A stretch of 64,000 nt of DNA, taken from the IMG/VR virus record IMGVR_UViG_3300031555_003117, positions 1 to 64,000 of that record. The stretch is one strand, 5' to 3'. A model generated the notes under the pieces. The model was not told the DNA's origin. It saw nothing but the letters and a program-made list of their open reading frames with translations, and searched no databases. The position numbers and the translations under genes were made by a program. How positions within the stretch are numbered: the stretch's first letter is position 1; each line of letters starts with the position of its first letter. This document shows positions 38,722-48,830 of this stretch, in pieces. The DNA is from a virus. Taxonomy: Duplodnaviria; Caudoviricetes.

Positions 38722-41136
38722 ACCCACGTTTTTCAGTGAGAGTGCAGCAGTTATTGCACCAATAAGCGTAGGTATAGTACCTATCTTTTCAATAACGCCG
38801 TCAAATACTGAAAGTATGCCGGTTCCGGCATCAACAAGTCCCTTTAAAAAGTCAGCCTCAAGAACCGTATTGGAAAGAGACTGCCATGCAGTGGTCAGCT
38901 TATTAAGCTTACCCTGTAGTGAATCTACATATGAAGCATTTTCCTTTGCCGCAGATCCCGTAGCATTGGTTGCAGCTCTCATTGCTGCTTCTACCTGCTC
39001 CCAGTTATTGATCATTGCAGCTACATCACTGGCACGGTTCTTACCAGCAATCATTTCAAGTACATTGGATTGAACGTTTCCACTGAGAGAATCCCAAACA
39101 TTGGCAAGGTCATCCATTACTTCATAAGTAGATCGAAGTTCGCCAAGAGAATCAACCAGGCTTACACCTGTCAAATCCTTCATGGCAGAATTCATCTTAG
39201 AAGTAACTTCAATCAACCCTTCAGCATCTTCGCCAATTGCAGTAAGTTCTTCTGCCGTAGTGCCGCGTAAACGCATTGAAAGCGTTCTAAGTGCGTTACC
39301 TGCTCTGCTGGCATTCTGAGTTACTTCAATCATACCCGTTGCCATTGCTGAAGATTGCTGAATACTATTACCAGCAACTTCAAGCGCAGAAGCACTATTC
39401 TTCAAGGCTGCGCCAACATCGGAGGCTTCTACGGCAAATTTGTTTCCGAGTTCATTAAAGATGTCGGCAACATATTCTACCGCCTTGGTTACATCGCCGT
39501 CTTTAAGTTGAAGTAGCTGATCTTGGAATCCCTTATATGCGGTCACTAGATCATCAACTGCAGCACCGTGTTCAAGGTCAGTAACATGCTGATACATCGA
39601 AGTGACATTAGCAAGCTTTTGTGCATCGTATGCATTAAAACCAAGCTTTGCCCAATCAGCAGTTGAATTGATAATATCGGTCAGTTCCGCACCGTATTCT
39701 TTGGCCGAAGAAGTCATTCTCTTGTAGAGATTCTTATATCCTTCGTCCGTTAGGTTTGTAACGCGGTACAAACCCGTCATTGCAGTGTCAACAGCCAAAA
39801 CGTTTTGAGCCATCTGTTCAAATACTTCTTTTAATTGGCTCAAAATCGTTGCTACACTGACATATCTTAAAATACTCCCGAACGCCTTGGTCATCTGTGA
39901 TCCAAGGGTTTGCCCGGTTTTGCCTAACCTTTCTGCTTCGATCTTAGTTTGTTCAAATGCTCTTCTGACATTCTCAAACTCTGCACGAGTTAGGCTTCCG
40001 CTTGCATTCAACGTACTTAGTCTTGAACGCAAAGCATCAATACTTGAGCCGAATTGCCCAGCCGCCTTTGTATTCTTTTGAAGCCAGCTAGACATTTCAT
40101 TATCAAGCTTGCCTACTTCGATTATACCTACACTTTGCCTATCCTCAGTCTTAATTGTTGAAAGAGTGCTTTTGACTCTGGTAAGTACAGTTTCAAACTC
40201 ACGGTAAGATGCAATCAAGTTGTCAGCATCTATATCTGGCTCCTGCATTGTAGCACTCAGAGTGCGCAATTTCTCCAAATCGTTTGCAACGGTCAATAGA
40301 CTATGATGCCCCGTGCTGCCAAGCTGCTGATATTGCGTGGTGACTTTTGCAATGTCAGTTTCAAGACCAACACCACGTTTACCCCCTGCTGCAATAACAG
40401 AAAGCGTATCCTTAACCCTTTTAAGAACAATCTCAAATTCATTATAGGACTGCGCTAATGTATCCGCATCTATATCTGGGCTCTTAATAGTTGAGCTCAA
40501 ATTCCGCAGCGCTTCCAAGTCGCTCTTGACCATCGATAGACTGCGATGCCCTGAATTACTGAAATCCTGGTACTTTGCAGTTACACTTTCGATGCTCTTG
40601 TCAAGATTTATACCGCGTTTTCCCTCTGCAGAAATGGTAGTCAGCGTATTCCTAACCCGCGCAAGCGTGTTTTCAAATCTTTGATAGGATTGTATAAGCG
40701 CACCTGCGTCAATATCGGGCGTTTTCATTGTGTCGCTTAAACTTCGTAGCTTCTGCAAATCGTCCGCAACAATTGAAAGACTATGATGCCCCGTGCTGCC
40801 AAGCTGCTGATATTGCGTGGTGACTTTTGCAATCGAACTATCTATTTTGCTAAAGTCGAGCGAATCTGCAAGCCTATTGTTGATTCCCCTTGAAAAACTC
40901 TGTCCAGAATTTTTAAAAGCGGCGTCAAACTGTTTTTCGAGACCTGAAAAATTAACGTTGTCAAATGTGATTTTAAATTTATGTTTATCAAGCTCAGACT
41001 GAATCTCAGAAACAAATCCCTTGGTATTAAGTGAAATATTGCTCAACTTAATTGGCGTTTTGCCTATGCCAGCAACTTGCTCTGGGATTTTTGACGTGTC
41101 TAAAATCGCTTGTATTCTAGCTGTATATTCAGACAT
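38722..41136 (-). CDS. Tape measure protein exon 1 (805 codons; TP901-type core)
   Basis: VDTAMTGLYRVT, ADWAKLGF, ASRAGNALRTLSMRLRG motifs; three 80 aa tandem repeats. Confidence 0.9.
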
Positions 41137-41183
41137 GGTTATCCTCCCTTAGAAATGAAAAATCACCATGTCAAAATGGTGAG

Positions 41184-42233
41184 TTACAATTCTTCTAGTG
41201 AAGTTTGTTTAGTTTTCTTGATGCCTTCTGCACCAAAATATTTTTCAAACTGCTTATCCGCCTCTGTATCAATATATACTTTCAGCATATCCGCAGACTC
41301 CCATCCGATCATTTCCTGAATTATATTATCAGGAATGCCGTATTCATGTAATTTGGTAGTTAGATGATGTCTCATACTGTGCCAGTAGAATGGTCTTCCG
41401 AGGATCTGCCCGAAACTTCTTGCCCATGAATCCAACGTTGTAGTTGGGATTGGTTCATCAAGCCATTGTCCAGCATAGTATTTAGGAAATAACCAATCGG
41501 TGTTGATTTTTAGTTCTTTCCTCTGTGCCATCCAGAGATCAAGGTAGGGCTTAAATGGTTTGGCAAGTGTATAGATATCTAATAGCTTGCCTCGCGATCC
41601 ACGCCCTTTAGTTGTTACCTTTTCGGGTGTCTTATATAAGGCACCCTCACAAATTAGATTATCCTTATCAAAATAACTAACCTTAAATCTGGGAAGTTCC
41701 GCCTTGCGCCTTCCATTATTAATTGCAAGTGCAAGCATGCAAGCTTTCATATATTCCTTGTTTTCAACCAAGATATCCAGCAGTTTTTGCAAATCATCTT
41801 CAGTAAACACACTTTTTTCTCGCACTGCAATATCTGCTGGAGACTCAATTTTACGCACAATTGGTTTATAATCCTCAAATTCATCGTCGAGTATATTTTC
41901 TACGTAGTTGCTCAACGATGAAATGGTGGCCTTTACTGTACGAATACGCTTAGGAGACCATTTCCATACGTTGATAGCATGACTCTGAAACTTAGCGATC
42001 TCGCGTTTAGTTAAGTCTACAAAATGTTTATTCTTATTGAATTCTAAGTTCCAACACCAAAAAATATGCAAATTAGCCTTATATTGAAATATCGTCCCCT
42101 TTGAACGATCAATCGATGAAAGATAGTCAAGGAAGCCTTCTTCTAAGTCAATGTTATCGGGGTTTACTTGAGCCATCTTTTCATCGGAAGTAATAGTGTT
42201 ATAAACAGTTTTTCGTCCATCATTTTTACTCAT
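41184..42233 (-). CDS. Second tyrosine recombinase embedded in tail operon (SPbeta YomM-like position)
   Basis: NGRRKAE and WHSMRH...IGW....Y motifs. Confidence 0.85.
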   Translation of the reverse strand: MSKNDGRKTVYNTITSDEKMAQVNPDNIDLEEGFLDYLSSIDRSKGTIFQYKANLHIFWCWNLEFNKNKHFVDLTKREIAKFQSHAINVWKWSPKRIRTVKATISSLSNYVENILDDEFEDYKPIVRKIESPADIAVREKSVFTEDDLQKLLDILVENKEYMKACMLALAINNGRRKAELPRFKVSYFDKDNLICEGALYKTPEKVTTKGRGSRGKLLDIYTLAKPFKPYLDLWMAQRKELKINTDWLFPKYYAGQWLDEPIPTTTLDSWARSFGQILGRPFYWHSMRHHLTTKLHEYGIPDNIIQEMIGWESADMLKVYIDTEADKQFEKYFGAEGIKKTKQTSLEEL

Positions 42234-42251
42234 ATACTTTACCTCTTCTAT

Positions 42252-42668
42252 TTACGGGAAGAAGCTTTTCATGGTTGTATCGAGTGTTTCAGCAATCTTA
42301 TCTTCAGCCCTGTCCCAGAATCCCTCATTGCCAACTGGCGGTCGGAGTTTATGGGATGAAGCCAGCGAATGATCGTTTGCAACATCCAATACTGCGTTCA
42401 TAGATGGATGTTTGCCGGTGGTATATTGATGTGCTGTATCCAGATATGCTTCAAACGAAACGGAATTTCCATTTGTAGAAATAGCGGTTGTCTTTGGCGT
42501 ATCACCTAACGCACCGGTTCTTTGATATACTTTAGGTTCGGCCTTCGTGTAAAAATCGCCAGTTTCCTCATACATATCAGCTTCTACCTTCGCAGCAACG
42601 ACTGTGAGCGCCTTTTTGACATCTCGCATCAATGCCGCCAGCAGTTGCTGGTCGTTCGTTATAACCAT
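42252..42668 (-). CDS. Tail-completion/neck-like protein
   Basis: YQRTGAL motif and position in the tail module. Confidence 0.55.
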   Translation of the reverse strand: MVITNDQQLLAALMRDVKKALTVVAAKVEADMYEETGDFYTKAEPKVYQRTGALGDTPKTTAISTNGNSVSFEAYLDTAHQYTTGKHPSMNAVLDVANDHSLASSHKLRPPVGNEGFWDRAEDKIAETLDTTMKSFFP

Positions 42669-42673
42669 GTAAG

Positions 42674-43222
42674 TTATTCTTCCTTTTTCATCTGCAATAT
42701 CTTGCCAAACATCTTAGAATCTGCGTAACTTTCCATGAAATTATCTACATTAAGTTCGCCATTTTTGATATTCTCTACAATTGCAGAAATAGCTTCGATA
42801 TTTTCCTTTGTCACAGCATTATTTGCCTGCGTGACTAATTCATTGAACATTTTTTTGATTGAACCAAACAGCCTGGCGATAGATCCCCTTTTAGTAGATA
42901 CAATTTCAAGTGCATCCCTGTGTGCATTGGCAAAGTCAAGGCAAACACGATCTACATGGATTGCCTTATTGAATTCCTCAATAAATTCCTTATCACACAT
43001 GATTTCTTCCATTTTAAGAGGATCAGTGGTATCATGTGCAATTTTCTCATCAAATCGGCTCTCTTTTACACAAAGACTGTAAAATGTCCGCATAGCATTC
43101 ATCATGCCAAGATGGGGAGTATATTCTCCATTGGCATCAAAATATTCATTTGCAATCTCGTTTACTACAATAAGGTAATTGACCATACCGAGGTTTGTAT
43201 CAACAATCATAGTCTTTTCCAT
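42674..43222 (-). CDS. Hypothetical tail-module protein (possible chaperone)
   Basis: Helical; start moved to ATG behind GGAGG. Confidence 0.55.
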   Translation of the reverse strand: MEKTMIVDTNLGMVNYLIVVNEIANEYFDANGEYTPHLGMMNAMRTFYSLCVKESRFDEKIAHDTTDPLKMEEIMCDKEFIEEFNKAIHVDRVCLDFANAHRDALEIVSTKRGSIARLFGSIKKMFNELVTQANNAVTKENIEAISAIVENIKNGELNVDNFMESYADSKMFGKILQMKKEE

Positions 43223-43238
43223 GTTGTTTCCTCCAAAA

Positions 43239-43772
43239 CTACAATTCATAATTTTTATCTTTTTCAATCTGGTTCACCATATATTCAATATCATAACGGT
43301 ATTGTGTCCGCAATTTCTTTTGCGGCACAATCACATAGGGCACTTTGTAATCATCCAAATCTTTCATGTTAAAGCTCTTTTTCGGAATTGTATCTATTAA
43401 GGCTTCAAAGCTGTGGATCGGGACAAAAACAGTAGTCTCACTAGAACGAAACTCAATCACAAACCCCGCCGTTATTCCATCATATTTGTTCCACTCTCGG
43501 AGACCTTCAACTTGATGGAAATGGATATCTCCAACATCTTCGGATGTTCTTTCAAAAGATATGGATTTACCAGCAACAGTCTTTAACTCCAGTGCGAACA
43601 ACATATGTCGCCGTGAATCCCAGAGCAGATAGTCAAAAGGATTCTTTCGGCTAAATCTGAGCTTGCTTCCACCACCAAATGACTGCGCTGCATCCGGCAA
43701 ACGGTAGAGCAGCATGTAGTCCGGTGCGGATCGCTTTATTGCATTTTCAAATTTCTTTCCTATGTTGCTCAT
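43239..43772 (-). CDS. recU: RecU-like Holliday junction resolvase
   Basis: NPFDY...ALELKT...IHFHQ PD-(D/E)XK pattern. Confidence 0.8.
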   Translation of the reverse strand: MSNIGKKFENAIKRSAPDYMLLYRLPDAAQSFGGGSKLRFSRKNPFDYLLWDSRRHMLFALELKTVAGKSISFERTSEDVGDIHFHQVEGLREWNKYDGITAGFVIEFRSSETTVFVPIHSFEALIDTIPKKSFNMKDLDDYKVPYVIVPQKKLRTQYRYDIEYMVNQIEKDKNYEL

Positions 43773-43781
43773 ATATCATTA

Positions 43782-44006
43782 TCATGGCCTGTTTTTCAGC
43801 CACTTCTTATATACATAGTTGGTTTCATTTTTCAAATACCAGCATGTCAACTTGCCAGGCTCAGTTTCTTTTTCCCAAATAAACTTTGGTTGACAACCGT
43901 GCGTAGTATAGAAAATAATCTGCTTAATGCAATCAATTGCCACTAGGTTTTCACGGCCATAGCACTCGATTGCTTCCTCAAGCGTTTCAAAATATAATAC
44001 CTTCAT
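43782..44006 (-). CDS. Small hypothetical protein
   Basis: 74 aa, RBS AAGGAG. Confidence 0.6.
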   Translation of the reverse strand: MKVLYFETLEEAIECYGRENLVAIDCIKQIIFYTTHGCQPKFIWEKETEPGKLTCWYLKNETNYVYKKWLKNRP

Positions 44007-44112
44007 CTTTCATTCTCTCCTTGTGAAAATGGAAAAAGAATAGGGTAGACAAAGCCTAAACATGTGTTGTCAGGATCGTCTACCCTAAAATAAAATACAA
44101 TACAACACAATG

Positions 44113-44397
44113 TTATTCTTCATCCGTAGCTATAATTGCCTCTTCATCAGAAACAGTTTCTTCCATTATAGTTGTTTTCTTAGCAGCTCTTTTTCTAGGC
44201 TGTTCAATAGTTTCCGCAACAGATGCGGGTCTTTCAATATAATCGTCTGCAACAATTCGATACTTGCCATTTTCGTGTAATAGGTTAACTTCCTTTAGAT
44301 CAGCTCCGATAGCAGGTAGCTGTACTAATTTAGAGTCATTAACCTTAACGACAGTTACAAGTGCATTGTTGAGAACGACCTTACAACGCTTAACCAT
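44113..44397 (-). CDS. Small hypothetical protein
   Basis: RBS GGGGAG; follows tail tube gene. Confidence 0.55.
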   Translation of the reverse strand: MVKRCKVVLNNALVTVVKVNDSKLVQLPAIGADLKEVNLLHENGKYRIVADDYIERPASVAETIEQPRKRAAKKTTIMEETVSDEEAIIATDEE

Positions 44398-44473
44398 GTC
44401 ATATCTCCCCATGCATCCATATTAATAAGCGAGGATGTTATAAGCATCCTCGCTAAAAATGTGTCGCCTTAGA

Positions 44474-45244
44474 TTAGGCAGGGTTAACAGTCAGTTCTTC
44501 GGTGATTTCTACCATGTCGAAGATATTCTTTTCGTTATCTTCCAGCAGATCAAAGGTCAGGGTAACAGAGGCAGGATCGCCCTCAGAAGTGTGAGACAGC
44601 TCAAAGCTACGCTGAATGCTTGCCTTGTAAGCGGTCATCAAGAAGGGAGTCATAACGCCCTGTTCATCCTTGTCCAGAGTGCTCATGGTGATGAAGTAAT
44701 CACGCGGCAGTGCGCTGTTGTTGAAGCTGATGCGCTTGACGCCAGCATCACGCTTTACAACGTAACCCACTTCGAACTTAGAACCAGCAACCAGCTTTTT
44801 AGCATCGGCTGCTTCCTCAGTGAACTTGCCATCAGCAAAAGTGCCAGCAATCATGGCTTCCTCATCGCCAAACTGACCTTCCGGATATACGAATACGGTG
44901 CCAGCAACGATTTCACCATTGCCAATAGCCAGCGGCAGTTCGCCTTCGGTGGCGCAAGCAACAGTGCTCTTGCCAGCATAGGCGGCATCAGAGTGGATTA
45001 CACCATCAGAAAGCAGAGCGAAGAACTTGAAGGGATAAACCTGTGCCTCAATGGTCATAGTACCCTCAAGAGGATTCGCAAAGGCAATTCGACGGGAACC
45101 CTTTGCCATGGCGTATACGCTATCACTGGACAGGCCAGCGGTAGTAGTGTTTGCTGTATCGAAGAACAGGAAGGGAGCCATGGTCTTAAGATCGCGAATA
45201 TCTACGTCACATACTTGTCGATTAGCTTTATTCAGTTCAGGCAT
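44474..45244 (-). CDS. Major tail tube protein
   Basis: ANRQVCDV...FFDTANTT N-terminus, EGDPASVTLTFD C-terminus; position in module. Confidence 0.7.
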   Translation of the reverse strand: MPELNKANRQVCDVDIRDLKTMAPFLFFDTANTTTAGLSSDSVYAMAKGSRRIAFANPLEGTMTIEAQVYPFKFFALLSDGVIHSDAAYAGKSTVACATEGELPLAIGNGEIVAGTVFVYPEGQFGDEEAMIAGTFADGKFTEEAADAKKLVAGSKFEVGYVVKRDAGVKRISFNNSALPRDYFITMSTLDKDEQGVMTPFLMTAYKASIQRSFELSHTSEGDPASVTLTFDLLEDNEKNIFDMVEITEELTVNPA

Positions 45245-45271
45245 GTGTATTTCCTCCATTCAAAACTCGTG

Positions 45272-46069
45272 TTATTTGTCGTGGTTATTTTGATACCAAA
45301 GTGATGGATCAAAAGTCTTTTTCTCGTCGCCCCAAACGGCAGTGCGCGTCCAACCAATTTCGTAGAATGCATTCGCCTGTAGGCGGTTAAAACAATCTAA
45401 AAGCTGAAAAATCGTAAGCTCCCAGATATTTACAAAATTGATAGAAGGGTGTCTACTGGCAACCGCAGAAATTATATTTGGAATCGAATGGTTTTTATCC
45501 ATCGTTTCCTTTTTCTTTTGCTCCATTTCCTTCTGAGCCTTTTGCATTCGTTCATACATTGCTTTTGCAATGCTGTTTTTGAACTTTATCTCAGCAGGTT
45601 CTTCTTTTTCCTCATCATAAATGCAGCAAACCTGCTGTATGATCTCCACGACTTGTGAAAATAATTTATCTGTAATCACACCGCGAATAGAATCCACTGG
45701 TATGTCAGAGTCTCCTGGTTCAATATTTCTATCGAACACAATAAAAAAGCCCTCCCGATAGGCAACCTTGTCTTCAAAAAAGAAGCAGAAGATTTCTTCA
45801 AAAATCTCCCGCACCCAGTCATCACGCTCAATTAAATTATACATTGTCATGGAAGTCTTTTCTGCTTCGGTGAATGAATCCCAGATTTCAGAACCATTTT
45901 CTAAAAGCTTAGTATAAAAAATCTCCGGTGTAGCTTTTAAAAATACCTCATACATCATAAATCTTCCGAATGTAATCTGCGCAATGTTTTTAAGCCTTGG
46001 TTTGCGAATCGTACCTATGGACAGCACAATTGGTTCGGGGCTTAACTGCGTACCGTAGTCAAGTTTCAT
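45272..46069 (-). CDS. Tail/baseplate assembly protein
   Basis: PEPIVLSIGTIRKPRL...ELTIFQL motif; ATGA overlap with upstream gene. Confidence 0.55.
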   Translation of the reverse strand: MKLDYGTQLSPEPIVLSIGTIRKPRLKNIAQITFGRFMMYEVFLKATPEIFYTKLLENGSEIWDSFTEAEKTSMTMYNLIERDDWVREIFEEIFCFFFEDKVAYREGFFIVFDRNIEPGDSDIPVDSIRGVITDKLFSQVVEIIQQVCCIYDEEKEEPAEIKFKNSIAKAMYERMQKAQKEMEQKKKETMDKNHSIPNIISAVASRHPSINFVNIWELTIFQLLDCFNRLQANAFYEIGWTRTAVWGDEKKTFDPSLWYQNNHDK

Positions 46070-46554
46070 CTGAAGTTTGGTACGCTGAATACCATAAGGC
46101 ATCCATAGAATCTTTGGGCATTGTAGACGTCAATGCTGTCCAACGTCAATTCACCAATGCCAAATTTATTTTTAACGCTTTGATCGTTAATTAACGAATC
46201 CTCGACCATCTGAGAAAGAGCGTCGATTCTGTCACCGTAATACCCTTCTTTGTAATAGTTCTCAAGAATATCCCGATGACAAATCAAATACATGACTACC
46301 CTGCAGGTCTTAATATTACTACCAAGTCTGGGGAATGTTACATCATAAAAAATGAATGTATCCGTCTCTGTGATCGTATCGTCAATAAACAAATGCGATT
46401 TGACATGTTCCTTGAATTTTTTCTGAATCTCAATGGGCTTCATTGCAGAAGTATCTCCCAATATCAGCTCTCTAATATCTGCATTCTTGTATAGAGCGCT
46501 GTGTATCTCTTGTTTAAACCTGCCCTTTTCGGCAGTGGTCTTTTGTTTTGCCAT
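46066..46554 (-). CDS. Tail terminator-like head-tail protein
   Basis: Size and position between head-closure and tail tube genes. Confidence 0.5.
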   Translation of the reverse strand: MAKQKTTAEKGRFKQEIHSALYKNADIRELILGDTSAMKPIEIQKKFKEHVKSHLFIDDTITETDTFIFYDVTFPRLGSNIKTCRVVMYLICHRDILENYYKEGYYGDRIDALSQMVEDSLINDQSVKNKFGIGELTLDSIDVYNAQRFYGCLMVFSVPNFR

Positions 46555-46566
46555 ATATCGCACTCC

Positions 46567-47637
46567 TTACAAAAATGCCTTTAACACAACATTAAGCTGT
46601 ACTGGCTCATACGAGTCAGCGCTTAGAGTCAAGATAAAGCTTTTGTTTATACATTGAGTTTTGTTTGTAGATATTAGAATTGTATCTCCCACATATTCAA
46701 CATCAAGATCATCCAAGAAATCACATTCAATAGTCCATGTCGGAGCCACGCCAACTTCAAAGCCGTTGGCATCATAGAATTTTGCAGTATATGAACAAGC
46801 ATCGAGGCCAACATAAATTATGTCGGAATCATATTCAATGTTGCATCTGTTCGGTTTAGCTTGCCCCTTAGCTTCTCTGGGAATATCACACAACCAGTAG
46901 CCTTTCCCGTCAACAACATAGTATCCGTCATTTTCATGTTGCTCATCCTGATAGGCCATAAATGCCGAATGACCGCTATCCTGATAATCATATAGAACAG
47001 AATCAAGCCGTGTTACTTTGTATACGGTTATTGGTTTGGTAACATCACATATTACATCATCGCCAAATTCTTTTTCATATACCTGGCATCGTCTGTCAAT
47101 TACCATGCGCTGACCAGAATTCAACATAAGGCACTCATCATCATCTGGTGTAAGCACCATCAACTGGTCGCTTCTTACAAAATAGTATTTTGTGCTCGTT
47201 TCGCCATTATTGTATTGCGAAGCAGAAGTAACATTAACCCATCGCTGAATAATCCTTCCTTCCTGATTAATCCAAGAAAGATGGAAATTGCAGAAGGATA
47301 AAACCGCTTTTTCATAAACCTTGTTATCATCTACCAATCCAGTTATTAGCCAATATCTTTCTTTATACTTCACATACATGCCAGCTCTGCAGGTTCCGAT
47401 AGGAACTAGCATTTGTCTATTCAAAGTGCTTAACTTTGTATCGGATATCGTATTCTGAATAATTGCTTTTATCGGTGTGCAAACAGAAAGATCGTAATTA
47501 AACAGTTCAACATCGGTTTCTAAACCTGAGTCCAATGCTTCATTAAACCAATCTGTGGCATACTCATCAAGCGCTTCTTTTTCAAAGCCACTAAGCTGGC
47601 TGTAAGGTGGATTGATTAAATACCATTCTTTTGCCAT
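46567..47637 (-). CDS. Head-closure-like protein with C-terminal Ig-like domain
   Basis: GMYVKYKERYWLIT motif; C-terminal beta-sandwich. Confidence 0.55.
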   Translation of the reverse strand: MAKEWYLINPPYSQLSGFEKEALDEYATDWFNEALDSGLETDVELFNYDLSVCTPIKAIIQNTISDTKLSTLNRQMLVPIGTCRAGMYVKYKERYWLITGLVDDNKVYEKAVLSFCNFHLSWINQEGRIIQRWVNVTSASQYNNGETSTKYYFVRSDQLMVLTPDDDECLMLNSGQRMVIDRRCQVYEKEFGDDVICDVTKPITVYKVTRLDSVLYDYQDSGHSAFMAYQDEQHENDGYYVVDGKGYWLCDIPREAKGQAKPNRCNIEYDSDIIYVGLDACSYTAKFYDANGFEVGVAPTWTIECDFLDDLDVEYVGDTILISTNKTQCINKSFILTLSADSYEPVQLNVVLKAFL

Positions 47638-47648
47638 CTAATCACCGC

Positions 47649-48050
47649 CTATACATATGCAGTAGGCTTCAAATTAGCAATCATCTGTTCGGCCTTGCTA
47701 GTATCATAATCAAGTTCGTTCTTTGCGGCAGTCTTAGAGCCATTATTGCCATCAATACTAAGATCTTTGCCAACAATAGAAACGCGCTTGTTTACCTTTG
47801 AAACTTCGCGCTCCTGATATGACTGTTTCATAAAAGCCGCCAAAAGATCAATTGAATACCGATCTAATTCAGAACCAAAACTCAGGCTATCCTTGTCAAA
47901 TGCCAATGGCTCTAACTCAACAGAATATCTGCCGATTGCTTTTAATAGCCATTCGAGTTTGAGGTCATCCGGTATAATGCTTTTATCTCTGAATGAGGCT
48001 TCAAAGCTATCGTATACTTCATTAGCCATTGTATTTGTCACGTTGAACAC
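47649..48050 (-). CDS. Head-tail adaptor-like protein
   Basis: 133 aa helical, position after capsid genes. Confidence 0.5.
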   Translation of the reverse strand: MFNVTNTMANEVYDSFEASFRDKSIIPDDLKLEWLLKAIGRYSVELEPLAFDKDSLSFGSELDRYSIDLLAAFMKQSYQEREVSKVNKRVSIVGKDLSIDGNNGSKTAAKNELDYDTSKAEQMIANLKPTAYV

Positions 48051-48055
48051 CTCAG

Positions 48056-48547
48056 TTATTGAAGTTTGTATCCGGTATAATTCTCGGCAAAGCGAATCTT
48101 GCTATAATCATTAAGCTTCAGGCGCTTGATTGCTTGCATCATTGCGTACTTCTCAGCTCTGGTGCAAATTTCAGCCTTCAATTTCTTTTCAAAATCAGCC
48201 TGTCTCTTTAGCTCAAACAGCGCCTTCACCTTGGCATCGCTAAAGATATCCTGCTTCTTTTCGCCGTCCTCGGAGTCAAATTCAAGCTCGATCCTGGTGG
48301 GGGTGTCTTCTACAAAAATCGTAGCATGACCGCCCATACCATCAATGCCAGTGAATAGTTTATTACCGCTCTGTACCTGCGCAATAATTTCATTCCTGGA
48401 TAGTCTGGTGCTACCAAGCGGAGGGATATTTACATCACCAATTCCGTCAGCAATTCTTGCAAAACCAACATTCCAGCCAGCAATATTGCGAATCGTAACC
48501 TTTGCGTCAAGGTTAAGCGGCTCTTTTACAATAGTATTTTCTGCCAT
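48056..48547 (-). CDS. Hypothetical head-module protein
   Basis: RBS AGAGGA; operon position. Confidence 0.55.
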   Translation of the reverse strand: MAENTIVKEPLNLDAKVTIRNIAGWNVGFARIADGIGDVNIPPLGSTRLSRNEIIAQVQSGNKLFTGIDGMGGHATIFVEDTPTRIELEFDSEDGEKKQDIFSDAKVKALFELKRQADFEKKLKAEICTRAEKYAMMQAIKRLKLNDYSKIRFAENYTGYKLQ

Positions 48548-48579
48548 AATAAATCCTCTTTTCAACTAATCTATCGATT

Positions 48580-48768
48580 TCAACTAAAGCTATATTTAGT
48601 CTTGTTATATGATTCAATGATCCTGTCTAAGCGTTCTGATTTCATAAAAGTCCAGTAGCGCTTACCGCTCCTAGAATTAATCTTCGAAGTGATACAGCGT
48701 TCATTGAAAGCAGACAGATAATGAAACAGGCGTAATGAGTAGCAGAAATAAACATTTTCTTCGCCCAT
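48580..48768 (-). CDS. Small hypothetical protein (DUF5659-like)
   Basis: FYCYSLRL...GKRYWTF pattern; RBS AGGAG. Confidence 0.55.
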   Translation of the reverse strand: MGEENVYFCYSLRLFHYLSAFNERCITSKINSRSGKRYWTFMKSERLDRIIESYNKTKYSFS

Positions 48769-48830
48769 TTACATACATCTCCTAAATAGAAGCAGGGTAC
48801 ATCCTATGACATACCCTGCGATTTATTTAA

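Noticed and set aside
26314-41136. TMP fragments as pseudogene or frameshifted remnants
   Set aside because: Every break has U-G P1 pairing, a terminal G and exact frame restoration, which fits introns better than decay
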